The notes under the pieces were generated by a model. That model was not told the origin of the DNA and did not search any database. It saw only the letters and a list, made by a program, of their open reading frames with translations. A stretch of 64,000 bases of DNA from an uncultured Actinomycetes bacterium (lineage in GTDB: Bacteria; Actinomycetota; Thermoleophilia; UBA2241): the NCBI GenBank assembly GCA_963767005.1, contig CAVYCN010000003.1, positions 96,001 through 160,000 of the forward strand, in the 5' to 3' direction. This document shows, one piece after another, positions 32,027 through 43,914 of the stretch. Position 1 is the first letter of the stretch; every line of letters starts with the position of its first letter. Both the position numbers and the translations under genes were made by a program.

Positions 32027-33022
32027 ATGAAGAGATGGCTCTGGGTCGCGGCGGCGCTCGCGGCGGCCGCCGTCGTCGCGCTCGGCGCCTGGGCCGCGTT
32101 CGGGCGCGGTGGCGCGGGCGGCCCTGCCACCGGCTCAGCGACCGTCGCGGCGACGGGCTCGCCGGGCGCGACGCCGGGCACGGCGACGATTCCCGGCTCA
32201 CCATCGTCGTCGCTCTCGCCGGGCGCGCCCGGAGCCGGCTCGCCCGCGGCCACGCCCTCGCCGGCCCCGTCGTCGTCGGCCACCCTGTTGGCGCTGCCGC
32301 ACGGCGTCGGTCACTTCCGCCGCGCGCCGGTGCACCGCGTCGTGAGCGGCCCGCGCGGCCGTCCGGTGCCGATCCTCATGTACCACGTGATCGGCACGCC
32401 GCCGTCGACCGAGCCCTACCCTGAGCTGTTCGTGTCGCTCGCCGACTTCGCGGCCCAGATGCGCTACCTCGAACACGATGGCTACACGGCGGTCACGCTC
32501 GACCAGGTCTACGCCTTCTGGCACGGCCACGGCACGCTGCCGGCCAAGCCGGTCGTGCTGAGCTTCGACGACGGCTACCGCAGCGACTGGACCGACGTGG
32601 CGCCGATCCTGCAGCGGATCGGCTGGCCGGGCGTGCTGGACCTGTGCATGAACGCCGTGGGGCCTCACCGCGACCTGCCCGTGGGCCTGGTGCACGGCCT
32701 GGTGCGGGCCGGCTGGGAGATCGACGACCACACCCTCACCCACCCCGACCTGACGACGCTCGACGCGGCCGGGCTGCACCGCGAGATCGTCGGCTCGCGC
32801 GCCGTGATCCGGCATCTCACCGGCGAGCCCGTCTCGTTCTTCTGCTACCCCGCCGGCAAGTACGACGCCCAGGTCATCGCGGTCGTGCGCGCGGCCGGCT
32901 TCCTGGGCGCCACGACGGAGATCGAGGGCGCCGCGACCCGGCAGGACAGGTTCACGCTCGCGCGCCTGCGGGTGCCGGGCGGCGAGAGCCTCACGGAGTT
33001 CGCGGCGACGCTCGCCGGATAG
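32027..33022 (+). CDS. Secreted/anchored polysaccharide deacetylase
   Basis: Signal anchor, Pro/Ser linker, PILMYH, SFDDGY, HTLTHPDL, FCYPAG. Confidence 0.9.
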   Translation: MKRWLWVAAALAAAAVVALGAWAAFGRGGAGGPATGSATVAATGSPGATPGTATIPGSPSSSLSPGAPGAGSPAATPSPAPSSSATLLALPHGVGHFRRAPVHRVVSGPRGRPVPILMYHVIGTPPSTEPYPELFVSLADFAAQMRYLEHDGYTAVTLDQVYAFWHGHGTLPAKPVVLSFDDGYRSDWTDVAPILQRIGWPGVLDLCMNAVGPHRDLPVGLVHGLVRAGWEIDDHTLTHPDLTTLDAAGLHREIVGSRAVIRHLTGEPVSFFCYPAGKYDAQVIAVVRAAGFLGATTEIEGAATRQDRFTLARLRVPGGESLTEFAATLAG

Positions 33023-33023
33023 C

Positions 33024-33057
33024 GCGAGGGGGCGGGCCGTGCGGCCCGCCCCCTCGC
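33024..33057. terminator. GC-rich hairpin between convergent genes
   Basis: gcgagggggcgggcc / ggcccgccccctcgc. Confidence 0.6.
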
Positions 33058-33082
33058 AACGTGCGTGGTCGTCTCGCGGCTG

Positions 33083-33322
33083 CTAGCGCACGCGAGAGCG
33101 CTCGCTCTCCCGCTCGCTGTCGATCATCTCGCGCTCCAGACGGCGGAGCTGATCGTCTTGCCGGGTGCGCAAGAACTCGCGACGCTCGCGCTCGAACTCG
33201 CGCTGCAGCCGCTCGAGCCGTTCCACCCGCTCCGCCTCTTGCCGGCGGCGTTCGATGAGCCGACGGCGCTCCTCGGCGTCCTCCCGCCACAGGTCAGAGT
33301 AGCCCCTGTAGCCAGTGCACAT
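33083..33322 (-). CDS. Small E/R-rich helical protein (79 aa)
   Basis: AAGGAGG SD before ATG 33322. Bounded by a hairpin downstream. Confidence 0.6.
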   Translation of the reverse strand: MCTGYRGYSDLWREDAEERRRLIERRRQEAERVERLERLQREFERERREFLRTRQDDQLRRLEREMIDSERESERSRVR

Positions 33323-33487
33323 GGGAGCCTCCTTTCGAACGATTTGCAGGAGTTTCCCAATGTGCACGCAACGAAACCGCGAACCTGCGCGCCAGGTGGC
33401 GGCGCGCCGCGGGCGACGGTTCTCAGGCGAGCCGGGCAGATCCGGCCTGCCGGCGGGCCGGCGCGGGCGGATCGAGCGGCGGCCCGC

Positions 33488-35101
<1,614 letters not shown>

Positions 35102-35315
35102 GGCTCCCCAGTCTGCTCGTTGGGCTGGTCTGCTGCGGTGCGGCGCCACCGCGCGCGGCCGCGCCGGCTCCCATGCTCGAGTATAGCGGAGGCAGGCGCG
35201 GCCACGGAATGCGACGGGCCGCAGCGGGCGCGGCGCGGACCGGCGGCCGTCGAGCGGACCGCCGCGCGTCCGGCTGGCCGGCGGGCGCGGACCGCCCGAG
35301 GGCGGCCGCCTGCGC

Positions 35316-37559
35316 CTACAACGAGCGGCCGAGCGCGAAGCCGGCCTTGACCGCGTCGACGACGCGGCCCACGGCGAACGAGTCGCCGATGTTGAAGAGC
35401 TCGGGGGCGACGCGCCGGCGCAGGCACTCGTCGTGCAGGGCGGCGGCCGGCCGCAGGCCGGCCGCCAGCACCACGAGGTCGGCGGCGAGCGTATCGTCGA
35501 CCTCGTCGACCGGCAACGGCCGAGCGAGCGGGTTGCGGATGTTGGCCGGCAGCAGGGGCGCCCAGGTCACGTACGGGTCGGGCACCGCGGGCGCGGCGTT
35601 GCGTCTTACGGCGACCGACGTCTGGCCGACGGCCGCGAGACGCGTGCAGTTGAGCAGCCGCACGCCGTGGCGCTCGAGGTAGTGCAGCAGGTAGCCGCGG
35701 TTGGCGGTGCATGTACCGGCCATGAAGTGGGGCAGCATCTCGACCACCGTGACATCCTTGCCGTGCTCGGCGGCCAGCCAGAAGGCGACCTCGCAGCCCA
35801 CGGCGCCGCCGCCGACCACGACGACGCGGCGGGCGTCGGCGGCGCCCTCGGGGCGCCGCAGCAGGTCGACCGCCGCCACCACGTGGTCGGCGTCGATGCC
35901 GTCGACCGGCGGCCGCACGGTCTCGGCGCCCGTGCAGGTCACGACCACGTCGAAGCTCTCGCCGGCGAGCGTGTCGGGGCCGGCGTCCGTCTCGCAGCGC
36001 ACGTGCAGCTCGTGGGCGGCGGCGGTGCGGTCGAGCAACCCGCCGAGGTAGTCGAGGTAGTTGGCCACGTCGAGCTTGGCGCGCGGTACGGAGCCGGGCA
36101 CCAGCATGCCCCCCGGCCGGTCGAGCCGCTCGTACAGCGTCACGTCGTGCCCACGCTCGGCCGCCGCGCAGGCGCAGGCCACGCCGGCCGGCCCGGCGCC
36201 GACGACGGCCACGCGGCGCGGCGGCGCGGCCGGCGGCGCCACGGCCGGCACAAGGTGCTCGAAACCGGCCCGCGGATTGACGGCGCACTGCGGGTGGCCG
36301 GCCTCGACGATCTCGTTGAGGCACCCTTCCTGGTCGCCGATGCAGGGCACGATCTCGGCGACGCGTCCGGCGTAGGCCTTGAGCGGCCACTGCGGGTCGG
36401 CCAGCAGGGGGCGCGCCAGCATGACCATGTCGCAGGCCTCGTCGCGCAGCGCCTGCTCGCACAGGTCGGGGTTGCCGAGCTTGCCGACCGCGACGACCGC
36501 CACCTCGAAACCGGCGTTCGAGCGCACGCCGCGCGTTCGCAAGTGGTCGCGAGCGACGCGCGCGACCTCAAGGAAGCAGCCCGGCGGCATGAAGGTCGGC
36601 GGGTGCGGCAGCCACCAGTCGTCGTAGCAGCCGAGGTCGACGTCGAAGGCATCGACCCCGGCGGCCACGAGGTCGGCCATGAAGGCGAGCGTCATCTCGG
36701 CCGTGCGCTCGCCGCGCAGGCGGCGCAGCCCGCCCACCGTGCTCATGCGCTCGCCGTAGGTCTCGTCGAGCGCACTCGTCAGGTCGAGCCGGTACATGAT
36801 CGGGTAGCGTGGGCCCGTGCGCCGCCGTACCTCGGCCACGAGGTCGAGCCCGAAGCGGCGCCAGTCGGCGTAACGCCCGTGGCGTCGACGGTTGAAGGCG
36901 GGGCTCGTGAGCTGGTCGAGCAGGTAGCCCTCGTGGCCGTGCAGGTAGACGCCGTCGACCTGCATCGCCCGGGCGTCGGCGGCCGCCTGCCCGGCGGCCT
37001 TCACGATGGCCCGGCACTCACGGTCGAGCAGCGGCCGGCAGGGCACCGTCGGCAGGTAGAAGTTGCGGTTCCACGACGCCGACACCGGCAGCCGGTGCCT
37101 GGAGAGCAGGCACTCGGGCGAGCCCACCCGTCCGAGGCCGGCGGTGAGCTGTACGAAGAACCGCGCGCCGTGGGCGTGGCAGGCCGTCGTGATGTCGCGC
37201 CAGCCGGCGAACACCGAACGCGAGCGGTCGATGCGCGGGAAGTACGACAGGCCGCCGGGCTCGGTGACCGCCGGGTCGATGCCGTGGCTCACCGGCACGA
37301 GACCCGAGGTGATGAGACCGGCGCCGCCGCGCGCCCGCTCGGCGAACCAGCTTACCATGCGGTCGCTCGGCCGGCCCGTCTCGTCGGCCGACGAGAGGTT
37401 GCCCATGGGGCCCATCACGATGCGGTTCTTGATCGTGACCGCATTGATCGCGACCGGCGAGAACAGGCGCTCGAACGGGTGCAGCGTCGCGGTCATGCGG
37501 CCCTGCGCGAGGCGCTCGTCGCGCAGGAACCAGTCGCCGTAGTCGTCGGTGAAGCGCAC
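35316..37559 (-). CDS. FMN/FAD/Fe-S oxidoreductase of the enoate reductase / 2,4-dienoyl-CoA reductase family
   Basis: IKNRIVMGPM, ERARGGAGL, HGHEGYLLDQ, ARPLLADP, CIGDQEGC...CAVNP, VVGAGPAG, VGGGAVGCE. Confidence 0.88.
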   Translation of the reverse strand: MRFTDDYGDWFLRDERLAQGRMTATLHPFERLFSPVAINAVTIKNRIVMGPMGNLSSADETGRPSDRMVSWFAERARGGAGLITSGLVPVSHGIDPAVTEPGGLSYFPRIDRSRSVFAGWRDITTACHAHGARFFVQLTAGLGRVGSPECLLSRHRLPVSASWNRNFYLPTVPCRPLLDRECRAIVKAAGQAAADARAMQVDGVYLHGHEGYLLDQLTSPAFNRRRHGRYADWRRFGLDLVAEVRRRTGPRYPIMYRLDLTSALDETYGERMSTVGGLRRLRGERTAEMTLAFMADLVAAGVDAFDVDLGCYDDWWLPHPPTFMPPGCFLEVARVARDHLRTRGVRSNAGFEVAVVAVGKLGNPDLCEQALRDEACDMVMLARPLLADPQWPLKAYAGRVAEIVPCIGDQEGCLNEIVEAGHPQCAVNPRAGFEHLVPAVAPPAAPPRRVAVVGAGPAGVACACAAAERGHDVTLYERLDRPGGMLVPGSVPRAKLDVANYLDYLGGLLDRTAAAHELHVRCETDAGPDTLAGESFDVVVTCTGAETVRPPVDGIDADHVVAAVDLLRRPEGAADARRVVVVGGGAVGCEVAFWLAAEHGKDVTVVEMLPHFMAGTCTANRGYLLHYLERHGVRLLNCTRLAAVGQTSVAVRRNAAPAVPDPYVTWAPLLPANIRNPLARPLPVDEVDDTLAADLVVLAAGLRPAAALHDECLRRRVAPELFNIGDSFAVGRVVDAVKAGFALGRSL

Positions 37560-37561
37560 CG

Positions 37562-38461
37562 TCAGACCTCGATCGTCCCCTCGCTCACGAGCACGCACTC
37601 GCCGCCGATCCAGGCGCCGACGACCGCGCCGGCGCGCTTCTCGGCGCGCGCCTCGAGCACGCTCGGACGGCCCATCTCGACGCCCTGGGCGATGCGCCAG
37701 GCGAAGCTGCCGTCGGCCGCCGGGTCGAGCCTGGCAAGGAGCGCGGCGAGCGCGCAGTTCGCGCTGCCGGTGGCCGGGTCCTCGGGAATGCCGTCGAGCG
37801 GCGAGAACATGCGGGCGCGCAGGTCGTACTCGTCGCCGCTGCGCACGTACAGGTGGACGTCGGGCGGCTGCACGCCGGCCGCGACGAGCGCCTCGATGCC
37901 GGCGCCGTCGGGTCGCGCCCGCTCCAGCGCAGCGCGATCCGTGAGCTCGGCGATCACGAACGGCAGGCCGACGGACGCGACCACCGGCGCGTGCGCACCG
38001 GTCGCGAGATCGGCGGGCGTGAGCGAGACCGCGCGGGCGAGGAGGTCGACCGGCACCTCGCGACCGAGCGTGAGCCCCTGGGGCGCGGTCAGCTCGCACC
38101 TGACGCGACCGTCGGCGCCAGAGCGCACCGTCACCGGTACGAGACCGGCCTCCTCCTCGAAGGTCACGGTCGTCTCGGTCGTGAGCGGACCCAGTGCCCC
38201 GGTCGCGGCCAGCACGAAGGCCGTGCCGACGTTGGGGTGGCCGGCGAACGGCACCTCGCTCATCGGCGTGAAGATGCGCACCCGGCGGGTGTGGCCGGCC
38301 TCGGGGACGAGCACGAAGGTGCTCTCGGAGAAGTTGAACTCGCGGGCGATCTGCTGCATGCGCCGGCCGTCGAGGCCGTCGGCCTCGGGCAGCACGGCGA
38401 GCTGGTTGCCGCCGAAGCGGGTGTCGGTGAAGACGTCGCAGGTGTAGTAGCGCACACGCAT
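37562..38461 (-). CDS. PhzF-family isomerase
   Basis: DVFT..FGGNQLAV, SESTF, EVPFAGHP, EDPATGSA, QGVEMGRPS. Confidence 0.93.
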   Translation of the reverse strand: MRVRYYTCDVFTDTRFGGNQLAVLPEADGLDGRRMQQIAREFNFSESTFVLVPEAGHTRRVRIFTPMSEVPFAGHPNVGTAFVLAATGALGPLTTETTVTFEEEAGLVPVTVRSGADGRVRCELTAPQGLTLGREVPVDLLARAVSLTPADLATGAHAPVVASVGLPFVIAELTDRAALERARPDGAGIEALVAAGVQPPDVHLYVRSGDEYDLRARMFSPLDGIPEDPATGSANCALAALLARLDPAADGSFAWRIAQGVEMGRPSVLEARAEKRAGAVVGAWIGGECVLVSEGTIEV

Positions 38462-38662
38462 ACCGGATGCTCCCTCTCGCTGCCGTGGTGGGGCCATGAT
38501 ACGTCGCGCGGCCGGTCCAGGTTGTCCCGCTGCGCGACCGCCTTCTGCCACCCTGTCCATCTCCCTGCGACGGCGGTCGTACGCTTTTCCGTTCTTTGAG
38601 TTGCGCGCGCCTCGACGACGCATTACCTTACGCCGTTGGACACGTGGCTCGGGGGGCAGTCG

Positions 38663-40282
38663 ATGGCAGAAGACGTCGTCCAGATCGTCGTGGGCACGGC
38701 AGCCCACCTCACGGCGAGTCTGCGAGAGGACCAGGTGCTGAGCGCGGCCGTGCACGACGTCGGGCAGGGGACGCGTGCCGCCAGTTGCTGCGTCTACGAC
38801 TACTCGCAGACGTACGACCTGCTGACGCTGAAGGCAGCCTGGAGCTGCGACGACGACGACGACCTGCAGGCGCTCGTCGGCGCCTCGTTCGGGCCGGCCG
38901 ACCGCCCGAGCCTCTTCCCCGCGGTACGCGAGCGTCGCACGGCCGAGACCCACGTCAACGACCCCGGCCTGTCGCAGTCGCTGCGCGACGACCTGTGGAG
39001 CGACCTCACGGTCGTCGCCACCCCGCTCAGCGCAGGCGCCGAGCTGCTCGGCCTGCTCGTCGTGACCGAGAAGTCGATCAGACACTTCGCCGCGGGCGAG
39101 CGCGAGCTGCTCGAGGCGCTGGCCGCGCTGGTCGGCCCCGCTCTCGCCAACGCCCGGCTGTTCGGACGGCAGGCCGACCAGAACCGCTACCTCGCGGCGC
39201 TCCTCGAGTCGAGCCGCGCCCTGAGCTCCGTGGTCGTGCTCGACAAGGTCCTCGAGACGGTCGCCAGCAAGACCGCCGAGGCTCTCGACGTCGTGCGCTG
39301 CCGCATCTGGGAGTACGACCAGGCGGCCGACCGGTTCGACGAGCGCACCGACTTCATCGCCCCCGCCTACGACGGCCCGCTCCCCGAACCGGCCTCACCC
39401 GACGACCCGTCGTCGGTCGTGCGCCGGGCCGTCGCCACGGGCGAGCTCGCCAGCGAGCGGCTCGTCGCGGAGCAGCAGCCGCCGCACAAGCTGTTCCGGC
39501 GCGAGACGCTGCCCACCCAGGCACTGACCCGCATGGCGCTGCCGCTGCTGTTCGCCGGCGCGCCGGTCGGCGTGATCGTGCTCGTCGAGCCGCGCGGCGA
39601 GCGCGAGTTCAGCGCCGCCGAGCTCGACCTGGCGCGCGGCCTGGCCGAGCAGGCGGCGGCAGCCATCCAGAACGCCCACCTCTACCACCATCTCGAGGAG
39701 CAGGCCATCACCGACGGCCTGACCGGCCTCGCCAACCACCGCCACTTCTACGACCGGCTCCACGAAGAGGTCGCGCGCGCGCGGCGCTACCGCTTTCCGC
39801 TGTCGCTGCTCATGCTCGACATCGACGACTTCAAGCGCTTCAACGACGCTCACGGCCATCAGGCCGGCGACGAGGCGCTGCGCCTGGTCGCCGCGATCCT
39901 GCGGCTGGGCCTGCGTCAGAAGATCGACCTGGCGGCGCGCTACGGCGGCGAGGAGTTCACCGCCATCCTGCCCAACACCGCCCTCGGCGGCGCCACAGTG
40001 GCCGGCACGCGCCTGGCCAACGAGATCGCGCAGCTCGTCTCGGACCATTCCTCGGGCGACAGCCACCAGGAGGGCGCCGCCAACGTCGGCGAGCGCCTGC
40101 GCCAGAGCATCGCCGACGCGTCTGCCACGACCACGTCCATCCTGCCGGAGCGCATCACGGTGAGCGTCGGCGTGGCGGAGCTCGGCGACGAGCACGGCGC
40201 CGACGAGCTCGTCGCCGCGGCCGACGCCGCCCTCTACGTCGCCAAACGCACGGGCAAGAACAAGGTCTGCGTCACGCCGTAG
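38663..40282 (+). CDS. GAF-GAF-GGDEF diguanylate cyclase
   Basis: Two GAF-like repeats, DGLTGLAN, DIDDFKRFND, RYGGEEF, ADAALYVAK. Confidence 0.92.
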   Translation: MAEDVVQIVVGTAAHLTASLREDQVLSAAVHDVGQGTRAASCCVYDYSQTYDLLTLKAAWSCDDDDDLQALVGASFGPADRPSLFPAVRERRTAETHVNDPGLSQSLRDDLWSDLTVVATPLSAGAELLGLLVVTEKSIRHFAAGERELLEALAALVGPALANARLFGRQADQNRYLAALLESSRALSSVVVLDKVLETVASKTAEALDVVRCRIWEYDQAADRFDERTDFIAPAYDGPLPEPASPDDPSSVVRRAVATGELASERLVAEQQPPHKLFRRETLPTQALTRMALPLLFAGAPVGVIVLVEPRGEREFSAAELDLARGLAEQAAAAIQNAHLYHHLEEQAITDGLTGLANHRHFYDRLHEEVARARRYRFPLSLLMLDIDDFKRFNDAHGHQAGDEALRLVAAILRLGLRQKIDLAARYGGEEFTAILPNTALGGATVAGTRLANEIAQLVSDHSSGDSHQEGAANVGERLRQSIADASATTTSILPERITVSVGVAELGDEHGADELVAAADAALYVAKRTGKNKVCVTP

Positions 40283-40350
40283 CGCCGCCGGGCGGGTTCT
40301 GCGGGACCGGACCCTTGGGGCGGCTCAGACGCCCCGGCCGGCCCTGACGC

Positions 40351-41037
40351 CTACTCGGGTCGGCAACCCTGCTCGAGGAGCGCCGCCGTCTCGACCGCGA
40401 ACCGCTCGAGCGCCTCGGCCGACGGCGCGGCGCTGCCCGGTGGCACGGCGGTCTCCAGGAAGAACGCCTCGGCCAGCCCGATGACGCTCCACGCCAGCGC
40501 ACGTTCGATGCCGGGCCGCAGGCGCCCGCGGGCGCTCCAGGTCGAGAGGTAGTCGGTGAGCGCGGCGCACGCCCGGGCGCGCTGCGCCTGGAGCAGCGCC
40601 GCGATGTCGGGGTCGGTGAGCCGCTGGCTCTCGATGATGAGCGTGGTCACGCGATGCTCCGAGAGCGCGTTCACGATCTGGCGCAGGCCCTCGGCCAGCA
40701 GCTCGCACAGCGTGAGGTGCTCCCACGGCTCCTCGAGCAGCGACATCACGGTCGAAGGGCCGCGCTCGGTGGCGAGGGCCACGAGCATCTCGTACTTGCC
40801 CGGGAAGTAGCGGTAGATGAGACCGGGCGTCACGCCGGCCCGGGTGGCGATGTCGCGCACGGTGGTCGCCCCGTAGCTGCGCGCCAGGAACTCGGCCGCG
40901 GCGGCGTCGAGCAGCCGCTCACGCCGCTCCTCGGGCCGCAGCCGCACCCGGCGCGGCCGCTCGTGCGGCCCCTCGTGCTGTCGCTGTCCGCCCGTCGCAT
41001 CCACCTGTCGCTCCAGTCTAGCCGAGGGCCGCCCCAT
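40351..41037 (-). CDS. TetR-family regulator
   Basis: RRERLLDAA, TTVRDIA, GVTPGLIYRYFPGK. ATG overlaps the MFS TGA. Confidence 0.9.
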   Translation of the reverse strand: MGRPSARLERQVDATGGQRQHEGPHERPRRVRLRPEERRERLLDAAAAEFLARSYGATTVRDIATRAGVTPGLIYRYFPGKYEMLVALATERGPSTVMSLLEEPWEHLTLCELLAEGLRQIVNALSEHRVTTLIIESQRLTDPDIAALLQAQRARACAALTDYLSTWSARGRLRPGIERALAWSVIGLAEAFFLETAVPPGSAAPSAEALERFAVETAALLEQGCRPE

Positions 41038-43673
41038 CAGAAGGCCTCGACCGCGACGGCGTCCGCCTCGCCCTGCGGCAGGGTCCTGCCGAGCGGGACG
41101 GCGAGCGGCAGGCAGAGGAACGCGGCGACGGCCGCCAGCCAGAAGGACGCATCGAAGGAGCTCGTGGCGGCGTCGAGGATGACCTTCTTGACGTGGGCGG
41201 CGGCGTCCATGAGGGCGGCGCCCGACGTAGCCTGGCTCATCCTGCCGGTCGCCGCGGCCGCCGCCGCCGTCCCCTTGTCGAGCTTGCGGGCCCCGGCGCT
41301 GACCCGCTGCGCGCCCGCATCCACCCTGTGGGCTCCACCAGCCGCACCGGCAACGCCGCTGTGGAGTGCGGCCGCGCCGGCGGCCGCCTGGGAGGCGGCG
41401 CTCGACAGCGACGAGGCGCCACGTGCGGCCGTGACGAGACCGTTGCTCAGGCTGCCGCTCCCGGCCGCAAGGCTGCGGGAGCCGGCAGCGAGGGCGCCCG
41501 CACTGGTGCTCGCGGTCGCGAGCGCGGCGCCGAGGCGCGAAGCGCCCACGGCGACGCTCGAAGCGCCGCCGGCGACCTGCGTCGCGCCGGCGGCCAGCGC
41601 GCCGCTCTGCATGCTCGCCTGGTCGAGGCCCGCGACGAGCTGGCCGGCGCCGCCGTCCAGGGCCTGGGCGGTGCCCACAGCCTGCTGGAACCGAGCGTCG
41701 CCCGCAAGCGACGGGTCGGACGCCGCCAGGGACGCGAGCAGGCTCTCGAGCGATTGCGCGCCGGACTGGAGCTGCCCGGCGGAGCTCGCGAGCGTGCCGA
41801 GCCCGCCGGAAAGCGACGCCGTGCCGCTCGCGACCCGCCTCGCGCCGATGCTTACCTTTCGCGAAGCGGCGCTCAGCCGGTCGCTGCTCGCTCCCGCCGC
41901 CGACAGACCGCCGGCCAGGCGGATCGCCCCGGCGCTCAGCCGGCTGCCGCCCGACGCCAAGGCGGCCGCCTGCGGCGCGGCGCCGGCGAGGCTGCCGGCG
42001 AACGTCGACGCTCCTGCGCTGACCTGCGCCGTCCCGGAGCTGAGCGACCCGGCGGCCGTCTGCAGCTTCGTCATGCCGCGCGAGAGGTCGCGACTGCCAC
42101 CGGCTCCGGCGGTCGAGCCGGCGGCGAGCCTGCTCGACGCGGCACTGAGCTGGCGCAGGCCGCCGGCGAGCTTGCCGGACTGCTGCACCAGCGTGTCGAG
42201 ACCGCCGCCCATCCGGCTGAGCGCCGCCACCTCGGCGGGCACGCCTTTGGTCGGCGTGGTCATGGCCGCGGCGCTGAGCTTGCTGTCGCCGCCGAGCTTG
42301 CCCGGCACCTGGGCGATCGCCCGGGTGAGCTGAGCCCTGCCCTGGGTCGCCAGGGCCGCGTTGCCGGCGACGTACCTGCCGGCCGCGGCCTTGGCGCTCG
42401 GCAGACGCGTCCCGCTCGACGCGGTCAGGATCGACACGAGCACGGCGACCCCCACGGCAAAGCCGACCTGCCGGGCCGTGTTGAGGGCGCCGGAGCCGGC
42501 GCCGCCGACACCTTCCGGCAGGCTCAGCAGACCGACCGTCATGAGCGGCACCATCATGAGCGCGAGGCCGGCGCCGATGACCATCGTGCGCACGACGATG
42601 TCGAGGACCGACGAAGACGGCGACAGCATCGTGAGCGAGGCCAGGCCGACGGCCATCGCCACGGCGCCGAGGCCGGTCGACAGGCGCGGCCCTGCCGTGC
42701 GGATCAGTTTCGGGACGACCGGCATGAGCGCCATCGCGACGATCGGCATCGGCGTGATGCACATCGCCGCCTTGAGCTCGGAGAAGCCGAGGATGCCGGT
42801 CATGAACAAAATCAGCATGAGCTGGGCACCCATCACGCCCACGCTCAGGGCGAACAGGCCACCGCTCGCCGCGGCGAAGGGCCGCACCCTGAACAGGCGC
42901 AGGTCGAAGAGCGGCGAGGACGTGTGCAGCTCCCACAGGATGAAACCGCCGAGCAGCGCGCCGGCGCCGACGAACGACCCGACGATCGCCGGCGAGCGCC
43001 AGCCCCAGTCGTTACCCTGGACCAGCGCGAGCACGAGCAGGAAGAGGCCGCCCGACACGAGCGCCGTGCCGGGCACGTCGAACCGCTCCTCGGAAGCGAC
43101 CCGGCGCTCGGGGACGAACGCCAGCCCGAGCAGCACGGCCGCAAACCCGACGGGGACGTTGACGAAGAAGATCCAGTGCCACGAGGCGTACTGGGTGAGG
43201 ATGCCGCCGAGCGTCGGGCCGAGCGCCGCCGCGGCGGCCGAGAGCGCGCCGTAGAAGCCGGTGACGGCGGTCTGCTGCGCCCGGTCCGTGAAGCCCGCCA
43301 CCAGGATCGAGAAGCTGAGCGGGATCAGCGCCGCCGCGCCGAGCGACTGCACGGCGCGGAAGGCGATGAGCTCGTCGATCGAGCCCGAAAGACCGCAGGC
43401 GAGCGACGCCAGCGTAAAGACGACGAGCCCGATGACGAACACCCGCTTCTGGCCATGATGGTCGGCGATGCGGCCCACCGAGAGCAGCAGCGCCGCGACA
43501 CCGAGCGTGTAGGCGTTCAGCACCCAGGTCGCCCGCGTGAGCGTCGTGCCGAGGTCGGCGATGATCGTCGGCATCGCGATGTTGGTGATCGTCAGGTCGA
43601 GGAAGGTGACGAACGAGCCGAGCGAGACGGTCAGCAGCAGGAGCCACTGTCGCCGGGTGAAGCCTGTGCGCAT
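41037..43673 (-). CDS. DHA2 (EmrB/QacA) MFS efflux pump with a long Ala/Gly/Ser heptad-repeat insert
   Basis: LDLTITNIA, GRIADHHGQKR, GPTLGG, WIFFVNVP, RQVG. About 350 aa of xxxLxxG-like repeats before the last TM helix. Confidence 0.88.
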   Translation of the reverse strand: MRTGFTRRQWLLLLTVSLGSFVTFLDLTITNIAMPTIIADLGTTLTRATWVLNAYTLGVAALLLSVGRIADHHGQKRVFVIGLVVFTLASLACGLSGSIDELIAFRAVQSLGAAALIPLSFSILVAGFTDRAQQTAVTGFYGALSAAAAALGPTLGGILTQYASWHWIFFVNVPVGFAAVLLGLAFVPERRVASEERFDVPGTALVSGGLFLLVLALVQGNDWGWRSPAIVGSFVGAGALLGGFILWELHTSSPLFDLRLFRVRPFAAASGGLFALSVGVMGAQLMLILFMTGILGFSELKAAMCITPMPIVAMALMPVVPKLIRTAGPRLSTGLGAVAMAVGLASLTMLSPSSSVLDIVVRTMVIGAGLALMMVPLMTVGLLSLPEGVGGAGSGALNTARQVGFAVGVAVLVSILTASSGTRLPSAKAAAGRYVAGNAALATQGRAQLTRAIAQVPGKLGGDSKLSAAAMTTPTKGVPAEVAALSRMGGGLDTLVQQSGKLAGGLRQLSAASSRLAAGSTAGAGGSRDLSRGMTKLQTAAGSLSSGTAQVSAGASTFAGSLAGAAPQAAALASGGSRLSAGAIRLAGGLSAAGASSDRLSAASRKVSIGARRVASGTASLSGGLGTLASSAGQLQSGAQSLESLLASLAASDPSLAGDARFQQAVGTAQALDGGAGQLVAGLDQASMQSGALAAGATQVAGGASSVAVGASRLGAALATASTSAGALAAGSRSLAAGSGSLSNGLVTAARGASSLSSAASQAAAGAAALHSGVAGAAGGAHRVDAGAQRVSAGARKLDKGTAAAAAATGRMSQATSGAALMDAAAHVKKVILDAATSSFDASFWLAAVAAFLCLPLAVPLGRTLPQGEADAVAVEAF

Positions 43674-43689
43674 GAGACCCTCCGGTCGC

Positions 43690-43741
43690 TAATGAACAGA
43701 ACGTCACTAGTAATTGAACGACTGTTCATTAACGCTGTCAA
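43690..43741 (-). promoter_or_regulatory. Promoter (TTGACA-17-TTCAAT) with an inverted-repeat operator, probably bound by the TetR
   Basis: taatgaacag (43690-99) / ctgttcatta (43722-31), plus an inner tgaac-N4-gttca. Confidence 0.65.
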
Positions 43742-43914
43742 GCGGCCCCGCGATGGGGCGACCTTACCGAAGAGGGCGAAGGGGTTCTCGTGCCGCGATA
43801 GGGGAAAGGACGGCACCACGGACGTTGCATCCTGAACAAACAGCGCCGGTGGGGCTTGCGGCAAGTCCGGGAGCGTGCCGCATGATCGAGCCGAACAAGA
43901 CAAGGAGCGAGCCG

